A program made the translations under genes and the position numbers. A stretch of DNA of 64,000 nucleotides, from positions 10,465,190 to 10,529,189 of the forward strand of contig NC_085846.1 of assembly GCF_035594765.1 (NCBI RefSeq). Reading direction: 5' to 3'. The first letter of the stretch is position 1; each line of letters opens with the position of its first letter. The notes below the pieces were generated by a model. The model saw only the letters and a program-made list of their open reading frames with translations, had not been told where the DNA came from and made no database searches. This DNA comes from Anolis carolinensis. Taxonomy: Eukaryota. Of this stretch, positions 12,297-24,200 are shown in pieces.

Positions 12297-12430
12297 CAGT
12301 GTTTTCAACCTGTGGGTCCCCGGATGTTTTTGCCTTCAACTCTCAGAAATCCCAACAGTTGGTAAACTGGCTGAGATTTCTGGGAGTTGTAGGCCAAAAC
12401 ACCTGGGGACCCACAGGTTGAGAACCACTG
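12297..12430. mobile_element. hAT-type palindromic MITE
   Basis: CAGTGTTTTCAACCTGTGGGTCCCC...GGGGACCCACAGGTTGAGAACCACTG inverted termini, CTAAAC duplicated on both sides. Confidence 0.8.
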
Positions 12431-12444
12431 CTAAACCATACTAC

Positions 12445-12950
12445 AGGTGGACAAATGTCAACATTTCTGGAAGAAGCAAAGACCACTAGCATTGAAACTG
12501 TGATCCTCTACCATCAACTTCACTGTCCAAATACCTGATCACCATCTCTCAAAACAGTTGCTCTGCTCTCAACTCAAGAATGGAAAATGAAATTTTGGTG
12601 GACAGCAAATAGATTTAGGCTTAAAGCCAGCCTTTAAAACTGTGGCATAGACACCAAGAACTGAGAAGCCCTGGCCCTCAAGTGTTCTAACTGGAGGTCA
12701 GTTGTTACCAACAGTGCTGCAGAATTCGAAGAGACACAAATGAAGGGCAAAAAGAGAAAACGTGTCAAGGGGAAGGCACATCAAGCCAACTCTCATCAAG
12801 ACTGCCTTCCATCTGGGAACCAATGTTCCCACTGCAAAAGAACATGCAGATCCAGAATAGATCTCTACTGTCACCTACACACCCACTGCATAGACTCTAC
12901 ACTTGGAAGGCAAACATATTTGGCCGTGGGTGATAGCTTATGATGATGGT
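12445..12950 (+). mobile_element. RTE-clade LINE 3' fragment
   Basis: Degenerate C-terminal coding sequence with zinc-finger-like CSHCKRTCRSRIDLYCHLHTH and a short (TGA)n tail. Confidence 0.6.
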
Positions 12951-13025
12951 AATGACTGGGATTATATATAACTATTTGCCTTCCATGTACTTCTATATTT
13001 ATTGTGATTGCAGGAACAGACACTG

Positions 13026-13176
13026 GGGCCCCTTCCACGCAGCTGAATAAAATCCCACATTTTCTGCTTTGAACTGGAAAATATGGCAGTGTGGACTCAG
13101 ATAACCCAGTTCAAAGCAGATATTGTGGGATTTCCTGCCTTGATATTCTAGATTATATGGCTGTATGGAAGGGCCC
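13026..13176. mobile_element. Harbinger/PIF-like palindromic MITE; second copy at 42223-42369
   Basis: GGGCCCCTTCCA...TGGAAGGGCCC inverted termini with internal palindrome TCTGCTTTGAACTGG/CCAGTTCAAAGCAGA. Confidence 0.65.
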
Positions 13177-13647
13177 TGGGTCTTTCAATAGAAAACTGAG
13201 CAGATATATTGACAGCTGGATAATTGATTATACAATATTAATATTCATCAGAAGAGTGATATAGCATATTTGCTATATAACTGAAAAAGTGTAACTGTAG
13301 TATGATCGTCTGTTATTTTTAAACAAAGAAAGTGTGAGTTCAAGAGGAATAAAATAGTAGGCAATGGCTCTGGGTGACCCCTTTAACAATGAGTGAAACT
13401 TTTGTTTACCCATCTAGACAACGATGCTTTAAATTCATTTATCTCCCTCTCACGCAAATCCCATCTCAATGTTACCCATAATTTATCAACATTAAGGGAT
13501 CCTCTCTCCCCCTGGCACAATAGCTGAATGGAACTAAGCACTGTCTATATCTGAACATTTTATATATGACTTGTTATTTATAAAGTACATTTTCTTATTT
13601 AAAGACACATAAGAAAACATTGGGGTCATTTTTGGGGGGCTAGATTA

Positions 13648-13980
13648 GGAGCCTCCAGTGGCTCAGTGTGTTAAAGCGCTGAGCTGCTGAACTTGCAGAC
13701 CGAAAGGTCCCAGGTTCAAACCCGGGGAGCGGAGTGAGCGCCCGCTGTTAGCTCCAGCTTCTGCCAACTTAGCAGTTCGAAAACATGCCAATGTGAATAG
13801 ATCAATAGGTACCGCTCCAGTGGGAAGGTAACGGCGTTCCATGCAGTCATGCCGGCCACATGTCCTTGGAGATATCTACGGACAACGCCGGCTCTTCGGC
13901 TTAGAAATTGAGATGAGCACCAACCCCCAGAGTCGGACACGACTGGACTTAACGTCAGGGGAAAGCTTTACCTTTACCTT
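13648..13980 (+). mobile_element. Sauria SINE, full length
   Basis: tRNA-derived head (A box TGGCTCAGTG, B box GGTTCAAAC), Bov-B-like 3' part GAGTCGGACACGACTG, (ACCTTT)n tail. Confidence 0.92.
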
Positions 13981-14488
13981 GTCTACACTGGATTAATAGA
14001 GTTTCAATGCATTTCCATGGGGAAATTGTAGAATTTGCAGAAAATTCATAGAATGAATTAAATTATTAAGTCAAACTATCACTGTACTTAATAGACTAAT
14101 CTATCCTTCTTTGAAACTATATGTCTACTAGCGGTGCCTGGCCACGCGTTGCTGTGGCGTTGTCTGGTGGTGTTGGTGAGAAATTTGAGTTAGTGGTGGT
14201 ATTGAATGTCTGTTGTATGGTTGTCTTTATGTTTAGTATGTATTTGGTTGTTTGTGTAATGTGAAAGTGGTGAGAGTAGAGGGGGTCTTTGTCGCTGTGT
14301 AGTATTGTATAGTATGCATACGTTGTCCAAGTGTTGTGAATGGTTAGATTGTGTCTTGGTGCATAGTAGAAAGGGTTGGGGTGGATGGCCGTTAGGGGTG
14401 TCTCCAAATTATTGGATTGTATAGTTCTATGATTATTATTATTATTATTGTTGCTGTTATCATCATGATTATTATATAGTGGGTGGAT

Positions 14489-15066
14489 GGCCATCTGTCA
14501 GGAGTGTTTGGATTGTGTGGTCTTGCATGGTAGAAGGAGGTTGTACTGGATGATTCTTAAGGGTGTCTGGAAACATTAGGATTCCATGATATTGTTATTA
14601 GTATTATTATAATCAAGAGGTTGTATGGCCATCTGTTGGGAATGTTTGGATTGTGTTCTCCATGGCAGGAAGGGGTTGGACTGGATGGCCTTTAGGGGTC
14701 TCTGCTATCTCTGTGACTGTATGATTATATTATTATTTTTAGTGTGGAGATTGTGGAGATATTGGCTGGCCATCTCTCAGGAGTGTTTGGATTGTGTGGT
14801 CTTGCATGGTAGAAAGAGGTTGTACTGGATGATTCTTAAGGGTGTCTGGAAACATTAGGATTCCATGATATTGTTATTAGTATTATTATTATTATCAAGA
14901 GGTTGTATGGCCATCTGTTGGGAATGTTTGGATTGTGTTCTCCATGGCAGGAAGGGGTTGGACTGGATGGCCTTTAGGGGTCTCTGCTATCTCTGTGACT
15001 GTATGATTCTATTATTATTTTTATTGTGGAGATTGTGGAGATATTGGCTGGCCATCTGTCAGGAGT
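14489..15066. repeat. Tandem repeat of CR1-3'UTR-like units (~140-bp subunits, ~280-bp higher-order period); further units at ~15780-16030
   Basis: GGCCATCT..CAGGAGTGTTTGGATTGTGT recurs at ~14489, 14768, 15050 and GGCCATCTGTTGGGAATG at ~14627, 14909. Confidence 0.8.
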
Positions 15067-15067
15067 T

Positions 15068-15750
15068 TGTCGAAGAAATAAGCAAACACTATAAATGTTC
15101 AAAACATAAAAAGAGATGTGACATGCAAGGGCCACAGAAATAGTCAGGCCTCTCTGAGTATAGAGCTATCTTCTTTCTATGTGAATAAGATAAGCAAATA
15201 CTGTAAAGATTCAAAACATAAAATGCACTATGTTATTTAGAGCATCATATACAAACATTATTACCTGAGAGTTAACAATAATAATGAAAATAATAAGTAC
15301 AGTCAACTGTTGTAATTCACAGTAGTATCTTCCAAACTGTAATGTTTAAAGGAAACTGTAAGGATTGCCAAATCCAATTGGAGTCTTCAGAAACTGTTTA
15401 AATAGTGGAGACTACTTGATATGTTTTGACTTTAGTCCACATCTAAGCCTTGATAATTACAGTTTCCTTTAAACATTACAGTCTGGAAGATACTACTGTG
15501 AATTACAACAGTTGACTGTACTTATTATTTTCATTATTGTTGTTAACTCTCAGGTAATTATGTTTGTACATGATGCTCTAAATAACATAGTGCATTTTAT
15601 GTTTTGAATCTTTATAATATTTGCTTATCTTTCTCACATAGAAAGAAGATAGCTCTATACTCAGAGAGGCCTGACTATTTCTGTGGCCCTTGCATGTCAC
15701 ATCTCTTTTTATGTTTTGAACCTTTATGGTATTTGCTTATCTCTTTGACA
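15068..15750. repeat. Long inverted repeat / foldback element (~290-bp arms, ~95-bp spacer)
   Basis: 15068-15361 is the near reverse complement of 15457-15750; termini TGTC...GACA. Confidence 0.9.
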
Positions 15751-15874
15751 TTGTCTAGTATAGACATTTGTGTGTATTTATCATCTGTCAGGAGTGTTTG
15801 GATTGTGTCCTCCTGTGTGGTAGAAGGAAGTTTTACTGGATGATTTTTAGGGGTCTCTGCAAACCTTAGGATTG

Positions 15875-15908
15875 TATGATGATGATGATGTTGTTGTTGT
15901 TGTTGTTG

Positions 15909-15961
<53 letters not shown>

Positions 15962-15962
15962 G
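15875..15962. repeat. Compound microsatellite (ATG)n(TTG)n(TTA)n
   Basis: Direct reading; source of the poly-L/poly-N/poly-I ORFs. Confidence 0.95.
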
Positions 15963-16389
15963 AGAGGCTGGGTGGCCATCTGTTGGGAGTGCTTGGATTG
16001 TGTCCTGCATGGCAGATCGTGGGAGGTGTTAGCTGGCCCTGATTGTTTAGTGTCTGGCATTCCTCTGTTTTAAGAGTGTTGTTTTTTATTTGGTGTTGTG
16101 ATTTTAAGCTTGTTAAAATATTAGGAGTCAGATTGTGTTGATTGCCATGGTTCATAGCATATATTTAAAATATTGAGTATTAAAATGGGTTGGATATTGT
16201 AGAAGGTTGGATAAGAGAGAGTGTAGTGGAGATAAATAATTCGGATGATGGACGGGCCCTAGGACCCAGGGGACAGCTTTTTCCCATTGCCTGCCATGAG
16301 GCTTCTCTCCTTCCCTCCTGGCATGGCTCCCGATGGTGCGTTGTGGGTTCTGTCCATGTGGAGGTGCGTGACGTGATTTTTTGTTGTTT

Positions 16390-19300
16390 CATAGAATCAT
16401 AGAATCATAGAATCATAGAATAGTAGAGTTGGAAGAGACCACATGGGCCATCCAGTCCAACCCCCTGCTAAGAAGCAGGAAATCGCATTCAAAGCACCCC
16501 CGACAGATGGCCATCCAGCCTCTGCTTAAAAGCCTCCAAAGAAGGAGCCTCCACCACGGCCCCGGGGAGAGAGTTCCACTGTCGAACAGCTCTCACAGTG
16601 AGGAAGTTCTTCCTGATGTTCAGGTGGAATCTCCTTTCCTGTAGTTTGAAGCCATTGTTCCGTGTCCTAGTCTGCAGGGCAGCAGAAAACAAGCTTGCTC
16701 CCTCTTCCCTATGACTTCCCTTCACGTATTTGTACATGGCTATCATGTCTCCTCTCAGCCTTCTCTTCTGCAGGCTAAACATGCCCAGCTCTTTAAGCCG
16801 CTCCTCATAGGGCTTGTTCTCCAGACCCTTAATCATTTTAGTCGCCCTCCTCTGGACGCTTTCCAGCTTGTCAACATCTCCCTTCAACTGTGGTGCCCAA
16901 AATTGGACACAGTATTCCAGGTGTGGTCTGACCAAGACAGAATAGAGGGGGAGCATGACTTCCCTGGATCTAGACGCTATTCCCCTATTGATGCAGGCCA
17001 GAATCCCATTGGCTTTTTTAGCAGCCGCATCACATTGTTGGCTCATGTTTAACTTGTTGTCCACGAGGACTCCAAGGTCTTTTTCACACACACTGCTGTC
17101 AAGCCAGGCGTCCCCCATTCTGTATCTTTGATTTCCATTTTTTCTGCCGAAGTGAAGTATCTTGCATTTGTCCCTGTTGAACTTCATTTTGTTAGTTTTG
17201 GCCCATCTCTCTAGTCTGTCAAGATCGTTTTGAATTCTGCTCCTGTCTTCTGGAGTGTTAGCTATCCCTCCCAGTTTTGTGTCGTCTGCAAACTTGATGA
17301 TCGTGCCTTCTAACCCTTCGTCTAAGTCGTTAATAAAGATGTTGAACAGAACCGGGCCCAGGACGGAGCCCTGCGGCACTCCACTTGTCACTTCTTTCCA
17401 TGATGAAGACGACGCATTGGTGAGCACCCTTTGGGTTCGTTCGCTTAGCCAATTACAGATCCACCTAACCGTAGTTTTGTCTAGCCCACATTTTACTAGT
17501 TTGTTTGCCAGAAGGTCGTGGGGGACTTTGTCGAAGGCCTTACTGAAATCCAGGTACGCTACATCCACAGCATTCCCTGTATCGACCCAACTCGTAACTC
17601 TATCGAAAAAAGAGATCAGATTAGTCTGGCATGACTTGTTTTTGGTAAATCCGTGTTGACTATTAGCAATGACCGCATTTGTTTCTAAGTGTTCGCAGAC
17701 CACTTCCTTAATGATCTTTTCCAGAATTTTGCCTGGTATTGATGTGAGGCTGACCGGACGGTAATTGTTTGGGTCGTTCTTTTTTCCCTTCTTGAAGATA
17801 GGGACCACATTCGCCCTCCTCCAATCTGCTGGGACTTCTCCCGTTCTCCAAGAACTCTCGAAGATAATTGCCAGTGGTTCTGAAATAACTTCCGCTAGTT
17901 CCTTCAGTACTCTTGGGTGTAGCTGATCTGGCCCTGGGGACTTGAATTCGTTTAGAGAGGCCAAGTGTTCCTGGACAACTTGTTTCCCTATTTGGGGTTG
18001 GATTTCCCCCAATCCTTCGTCCATTCCGTGTTGCTGAGGTTGAAGATGGCTTTCTTTTTCTGAGAAGACCGAGGCAAAGAAGGCATTAAGTAGTTCTGCC
18101 TTTTCCCTGTCCCCTGTCGCCATCACCCCATCTTCTCCTTGCAATGGCCCTATCGCCTCCTTTTTCTTCCTTTTTCTACCAACGTAAGCAAAAAAGCCTT
18201 TTTTGTTGTTTTTTATGTCCCTGGCAAGCCTGAGCTCATTTTGCGCTTTAGCCTTGCGAACCTTTTCCCTACAGGTGTTGGCTATACGTTTGAATTCTTC
18301 TTTGGTGATTTCTCCCCTTTTCCACTTCTTGTGCATGTCACTTTTGAGCTTTAGCTCAGTTAGAAGTTCTTTGGACATCCATTCTGGCTTCGCACTTGTC
18401 TTATTTTTCTTCTTTGTTGGCACTGTTTGCATTTGCGCCTTGAGTATTTCACTTTTGAAAAACTCCCATCCATCCTTAACTCCCTTGTTTTTTAATATCG
18501 GTATCCATGGAATGCCGCTCAGTAATTCCTTCATTTTTTGGAAGTCAGCTCTCTTAAAGTCCAGAATGCGTGTTTGACTTGTCTTAGTTTCAGCATTCCT
18601 TTGTATTGCAAACTGCAGGAGCACATGGTCACTTGCCCCTAAGGATCCAACCACTTCAACTGTATTGATCAGGTCTTCCACATTTGTTAAGATTAGATCA
18701 AGAGTTGCTGATCCCCTTGTTGCCTCTTCTACCTTCTGGACCATAAAATTATCTGCAAGGCAAGTGAGGAATTTGTTGGACTTTGTACTCTTGTTTTCCA
18801 GCAGATATCGGGATAATTGAAATCGCCCATGACTACTATATCTCTTCTTTGTGCCTGTTTGGTCAGCTGTTGACAGAAGGCTTCATCAAGTCCTTCATCC
18901 TGACTCGGAGGTCTGTAGTAGACACCCACGACAAGGTCTTTTTGAGTCCCGGTTCCCTTGATTCTTATCCAGATGCTTTCAAGCTGGTTTCCTGGATTAC
19001 AGTCTTGCATTTCTTCTGCAACGTAACTGTTTTTGACATATAAAGCTACTCCCCCTCCTCTCCCCTTTGTTCTATTTCTGTGAAAGAGGTTATAGCCCTC
19101 AATGGTTAAATTCCAGTGATGGGAGTCATCCCACCAGGTTTCAGTGATGCCTATGACATCGTATGTGTGGTGCTGTGCTAGGAGTTGGAGTTCGTCTTGC
19201 TTATTTCCCATGCTGTGAGCATTAGTGTAAAGACATGTGACCTCTCCTTGAGCTGTTTATTTGGGATTATTGTGCTCTCTGTACTTGGTCCTTGCTCTGG

Positions 19301-19490
19301 CGGTTCCCTGTGGTCGTGGGTAATATAGTGTTCGCCAGGCTGTTGTTCCCCTCCCCCAGTGGATCTAGTTTAAAGTGCGCCTGATGAGGTTTGTGAGTCT
19401 GTGTGCAAAAAGATGTTTTCCTACTTGTGTGAGATGCACCCCATCGCTTGCCAGTAGTCCATCCTCTTGGAAGAGTAGACCATGGTCAAG
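16390..19490 (-). mobile_element. CR1 LINE, 5'-truncated, nearly complete ORF2 (AP endonuclease + reverse transcriptase) with one frameshift near 18790
   Basis: ORF 18729-19211 ([28 protein letters not shown]) and ORF 16489-18744 ([33 protein letters not shown]); (ATTCTATG)n tail at 16390-16420. Confidence 0.95.
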
Positions 19491-19593
19491 GACCTTTCAA
19501 CCTTAAGGCGTGGATGTTGTATTGTGTGGTGAAATTGCTAGGTTGTGGCATGTTTAGTTTTGTTGTTTTGCTCGGTGCCAGGATTCCATTACC

Positions 19594-19597
<4 letters not shown>

Positions 19598-19647
<50 letters not shown>
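19598..19647. repeat. (TA)n microsatellite at the Helitron 5' end
   Basis: Direct reading. Confidence 0.9.
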
Positions 19648-20026
19648 GAAAAATTAATGTTATGATATTTTGTCTGGAAAAGACACATAAGAAAACAGTA
19701 CCATGAAAAGGTGGACAGAAGAAGTTTGTACATTGAAACCTCCTCAACCCCTCTGGGTTTCCAATCAAACATCACCCCAGGATTTTCATGCATAGTTAAG
19801 GTCTGCTTTACAGACTCTGGGTTTTATTATTTACTTATTATTTTATCCCACCTTTCACCCCATAGGAACTCAAGGTTGCTAAAAATGGCATGACACAAGA
19901 AAACTGAATTTAAAAACAAAACAAATACATATACATATGAGTACAAAAATCAAAACACAATTAAATATTTGAGTTAATAAAATACAATGAAAATTACATT
20001 TAAAAATTAAACACCTCCCTCCAAAG

Positions 20027-21152
20027 CAGGGGTCCTCAAACTTTTGAAGCAGAGGGCCGGTCCACAATCCTTCAGACTGTTGAGGGGCCGAATTATCATT
20101 TGAAAAAAAATACGATCAAATTCCTATGCACACTGCACATGTCTTATTTTTTGTAGTGCAAAACAGCAACAACAACAATGAAAGAACAATACGATATTTT
20201 AAAATGAAAACAATTTTAACCAACATAAACCTATCAGGATTTCAATGGAAAGTGTGGATGAGATAGTCAAGTTAATTAGGGCTGTTGTTGTTGTGTGCCT
20301 TCAAGTCATTGCAGACTTTGGCCGAGCCTAAGTCTAAAATGAATTATTTATTTACTGCATTTATTTACTACATTTATATCCCACCCTTCTCACCACAAAG
20401 GGGACTCAGAGCAGCTGTATGTACATACAATATATTATATTATTAACATAGCACAATATTAGCATTATATATTACTATATTGAACTATACCACTATACTG
20501 TAATATTATATCTATATATATAAAAGAGTGATGGCATCACGGCGACCCACAAAACAACAAAACTACAGGCCCCCCAACCTCGAAATTTGACAACACAACC
20601 CATCATCCACGCCTCTAGGTTGATACAACAAAAAGAAAAGAAAAATAAAGTCCTAATTAGAGAGAGAGGAGTAATTGCTTTTATCCAATTCCTGCCTTAG
20701 AAGGCTAAGCTCCTCCAACTTGGTCTCCTAGCAACCCAATAAAAAATAATAAAAAACACTTAAAAAATAATACAATAAAATACTATAATAACAGAAAATA
20801 ACTAAAAATAATACAAGAAAATAATAAAATATAATAAATAAAAATATAACTTACAATAAAATTAATAAAAAAATGCAAATAACGTCAAATAAAAATTACA
20901 CAACAATTTTTAACCAATACCACCACCACTTTGCCACAGCAACGCGTGGCCGGGCACAGCTAGTGTAATATATAACATATAATTAATATTATTATATGGT
21001 ATTATTATTAGTATTATATTGTATAACATAATATTATTATCAATATTATATGTATATACAATATATTATATTATTAAAACTGAGGGTGGGGGCCAGGTAA
21101 ATGACCTTGGAGGGCCGCATCCGGCCCCCAGGCCTTAGTTTGGGGACCCCTG
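20027..21152. mobile_element. Non-autonomous hAT (Charlie/OC1-like) element
   Basis: TIRs CAGGGGTCCTCAAAC / GTTTGGGGACCCCTG; perfect 8-bp TSD CTCCAAAG (20019-20026, 21153-21160). Confidence 0.88.
20511..20963 (+). mobile_element. Short non-autonomous Helitron nested in the hAT element
   Basis: 5' TC(TA)n, 3' hairpin GCCACAGCAACGCGTGGC then CTAG, inserted between A20510 and T20964 with no TSD. Confidence 0.85.
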
Positions 21153-21257
21153 CTCCAAAGAAATCCCACCCACCCACAGTTTTATTAAGAAAGTCTCAGG
21201 TACCCCTTTTTGAATTGCATTTAAAGTCCTACTCAGTGGGATGGATGGCAGGTCACA

Positions 21258-24200
21258 TTAGCTGCATTTGAAAGGTAGGTGAGTTCCTTTATTCCTTCTC
21301 TTTATTAGTTGCTCCTTGCTGTTCAGCTCAGGCTTCAGCAAAATAATGTAGCATTTTGGTGAAAAGATACAGCCCAATAAACCAAAACTGGAAGCCAAGA
21401 TAGAGAAAATCTCCACAGCCACCATACTTTTGCCCCTCGTGCTCAAATATGTTGGAATGAAGCACAGCCAAACACTGCAAAAGACCAACATGCTGAAGGT
21501 GATAAACTTGGCTTCATTAAAACTGTCAGGTAACTTCCTGGCTAAGAAAGCCAAAGTGAGGCTGACAAGAGCTAGGAAACACAGGAAACCCAAGAGAGCA
21601 TAAAGCATACTGCCTGAGCCTTCGTTGCATTTGAGTACAATTTTTTTGCTCACTGAGTACATGTCAAGGTCTGGGAATGGAGGAGAGATTGCCAACCATG
21701 CAATGCTAACAGCTGCTTGGGTAAGAGAGCAAGAAAGAACTATGGAATATGCCAATCTCTTCCCCATCCACTGCCTTACCCTGGACCCTGGCTTGGTGGC
21801 TACGAAAGCCAGAATGACAGTGATGGTTTTGGCCAAAATGGAGGAAAGTGCCACTGAGAAAATCACACCAAAAGCAGTTTGTTGAAGGAGGCATGTCGCC
21901 TTTCTAGGTTGGTCAATGAATAGCAAAGCACAAAGGAAGGAAAGCAGGAGGGAGGCCAGGAGAATGTAGGTGAGGTTCTTATTGTTTGCTTTGACAATGG
22001 GAGTGTCCCTGTACTTCATGAAGATGCCCAGAATGAAGACTGTGATGAGAGAAAACTTGAGAGCAAACACAGTCAAAATGATCCCTAGGGGCTCTCCAAA
22101 GGACAAGAAGGTGATTTCTTTGGGAAGACATCCATCTTTGTCATTGTTTGGATACTGATTTCGAGGGCATTCAAAGCATTCATCAGTGTCTGAAAAACAA
22201 TGAGTTGCAAGTTGAAAACCAGCACATTCATAAGGTTAAACAAATTGAGTATTAGCTAAAAATTCCTCAAAATTGGAAGTTAACCAGCCTCTTCAGAGGA
22301 TATTTTGGCTATGAGCTGGGCCCGAGCTGTGGCGCAGGCAGGAGAGCAAGCCAGCTGCAACCAGCTGCAATTAATCACTCTGACCAGGAGGTCATGAGTT
22401 CGAGGCCCGCTCGGAACCTATGTTTGTCTTGTCTTTGTTCTATGTTAAAAGGCATTGAATGTTTGCCTATACCCTGTTTCCCCTAAAATAAGACATCCCC
22501 AGAAAATAAGACCTAGTAGAGGTTTTGCTGAAATGCTAAATATAAGGCCTTCCCCGAAAGTAAGACCTAGCAAAAATTTTGTTTGGAAGCATGTCCAACG
22601 AACAGAACACCAGAGCATGCAGGATCAGTAAATGTACGTACCGTAGAGTGTTGTACATGGAAATATTGGTAGTAACAAGAAATTCTTGATAGGATTCACA
22701 GTTTGTCTGGTTATGCTGGTTTGTGATGACAACTAATGTACAGTATATAATAAATGTTCATTTTTTTGTTCAACAATTAATGTCACTTCTTCTTCATGGA
22801 AAAATAAGACATCCCCTGAAAATAAGACCTAGAGCATCTTTGGGAGCAAAAATTAATATAAGACACTGTCTTATTTTCGGGGAAACACGGTATGTGTAAT
22901 GTCCTGAGTCCCCTTCGGGGTGAGAAGGGCGGAATATAAATGCTGTAAATAAATAAATAAATATGAGAAACAATCAGGTTTGCATCTTTTTTCTTTCTTT
23001 TTTTGCCAGGGTTAGTTCTACTGTACAACTGAAGCAATCTCAGTCAATGCTGATGTTGCACTGAGGACATACATGGACACAGATGACAGAAGCTACCTTC
23101 TCATGTTTCCACATCCACATACTTTTAAATGTACCAAATGAGCAAAACTTGAAAAATCAGAGAATCTGCTGAGGTTTAACCTCCTGCCTACTCACACAGT
23201 CCAGAGATCAATTGGTAATCACTCCAGACATAGCTAACTAGTAGTAACTGGAGGGCTTTTTCATATCAGACACCTTTTAACAAATGCAAACATCAGGTTT
23301 CAGGAATAAATATATAAGACTTGATTCAACTGATAGATAGAGAATCCTATGTTTCCTACCTGTGTGGTTTGAAATCTTGCCTTCTGGACATGGAATGCAA
23401 TCATAGCAACAAAATGGCTTTCCTTCCTTTTTTCTTTTATTAAAGCCCAACCAGCATTTATCATTACATCTAGAGAGGGGTAGTGCCTGTCCATTAAAAA
23501 AAAGAAAGAAAAGAAAACCCCTGAAAGTCTTGTGAAAATCAGAATCCCAGTGTCTCATCTAAAGAAATATACAATTCTACACAGCTTGATTCTGGAATTG
23601 AATAATAGTCTTAAGAGCAAGTGTATGACTGGCTTTGAATGGGATGCAAACTCCCTGCACCCCATTCAAAATCTCCCTACTGTAGAACCACAATCCTTGG
23701 GCGGATGCTAAACTACGTATCTGGCTGTATGAAAGAGGTATAAGGAGGTATAAGGCTGTGTGGAGTGATGGGGAAAAGGCAAAAATTAAAAAAAAAAACA
23801 CTATTACAAATGGCTGCCTCAGATATTCTGCAAAGAGGCTTAAGCAGTGAGCCCTTATTAAAAATGGCTGCTATTCTTGGATAAACACCCCAAATGATGA
23901 GTGTGCCATATTATTTACACCTACATATCCTAAAATGTGAGCAGCAAATACCTGGTTGGGCCAGGTGATGTCACCTGCAGAAATTGTTAACAGTATATCT
24001 CGAGGAGCCTTGGGGTCTAGTTTGCCGACTTTGACATGAAGAAATGACTGGTTCGGGAATGTGACCCAGTGGATAATGTCAAAACTAGCTTCTATTTGTC
24101 CATTCTGATCAAAGGATATCTTTTCACCAGCACTGTTGTTAAATGAGACGGTCCTCAGAATGTGGTGGAGCTAAACAGAAGTGGAAAAAGGCAATTAATA

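Larger units (their letters stand above)
14128..19649 (-). mobile_element. Non-autonomous Helitron hosting nested insertions (CR1-tail repeats, foldback element, CR1 LINE)
   Basis: 3' end CTAG plus hairpin GCCACAGCAACGCGTGGC at 14128-14158 (minus); 5' part at 19490-19649 aligns with the 5' end of the plus-strand Helitron at 20511 and resumes after the CR1 at ~16390. Confidence 0.75.

Noticed and set aside
13648-13730. tRNA gene
   Set aside because: A/B boxes belong to SINE heads followed by SINE body and tail.
15847-16155. Poly-N/poly-L/poly-I ORFs (also 33234-33458, 54857-55108, 19554-19793)
   Set aside because: Translations of trinucleotide/dinucleotide microsatellites.
16711-18577. Several plus-strand ORFs opposite the CR1, and similar antisense ORFs over V2R exons
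   Set aside because: Shadow frames of real coding sequence with no recognisable domains or splice structure.
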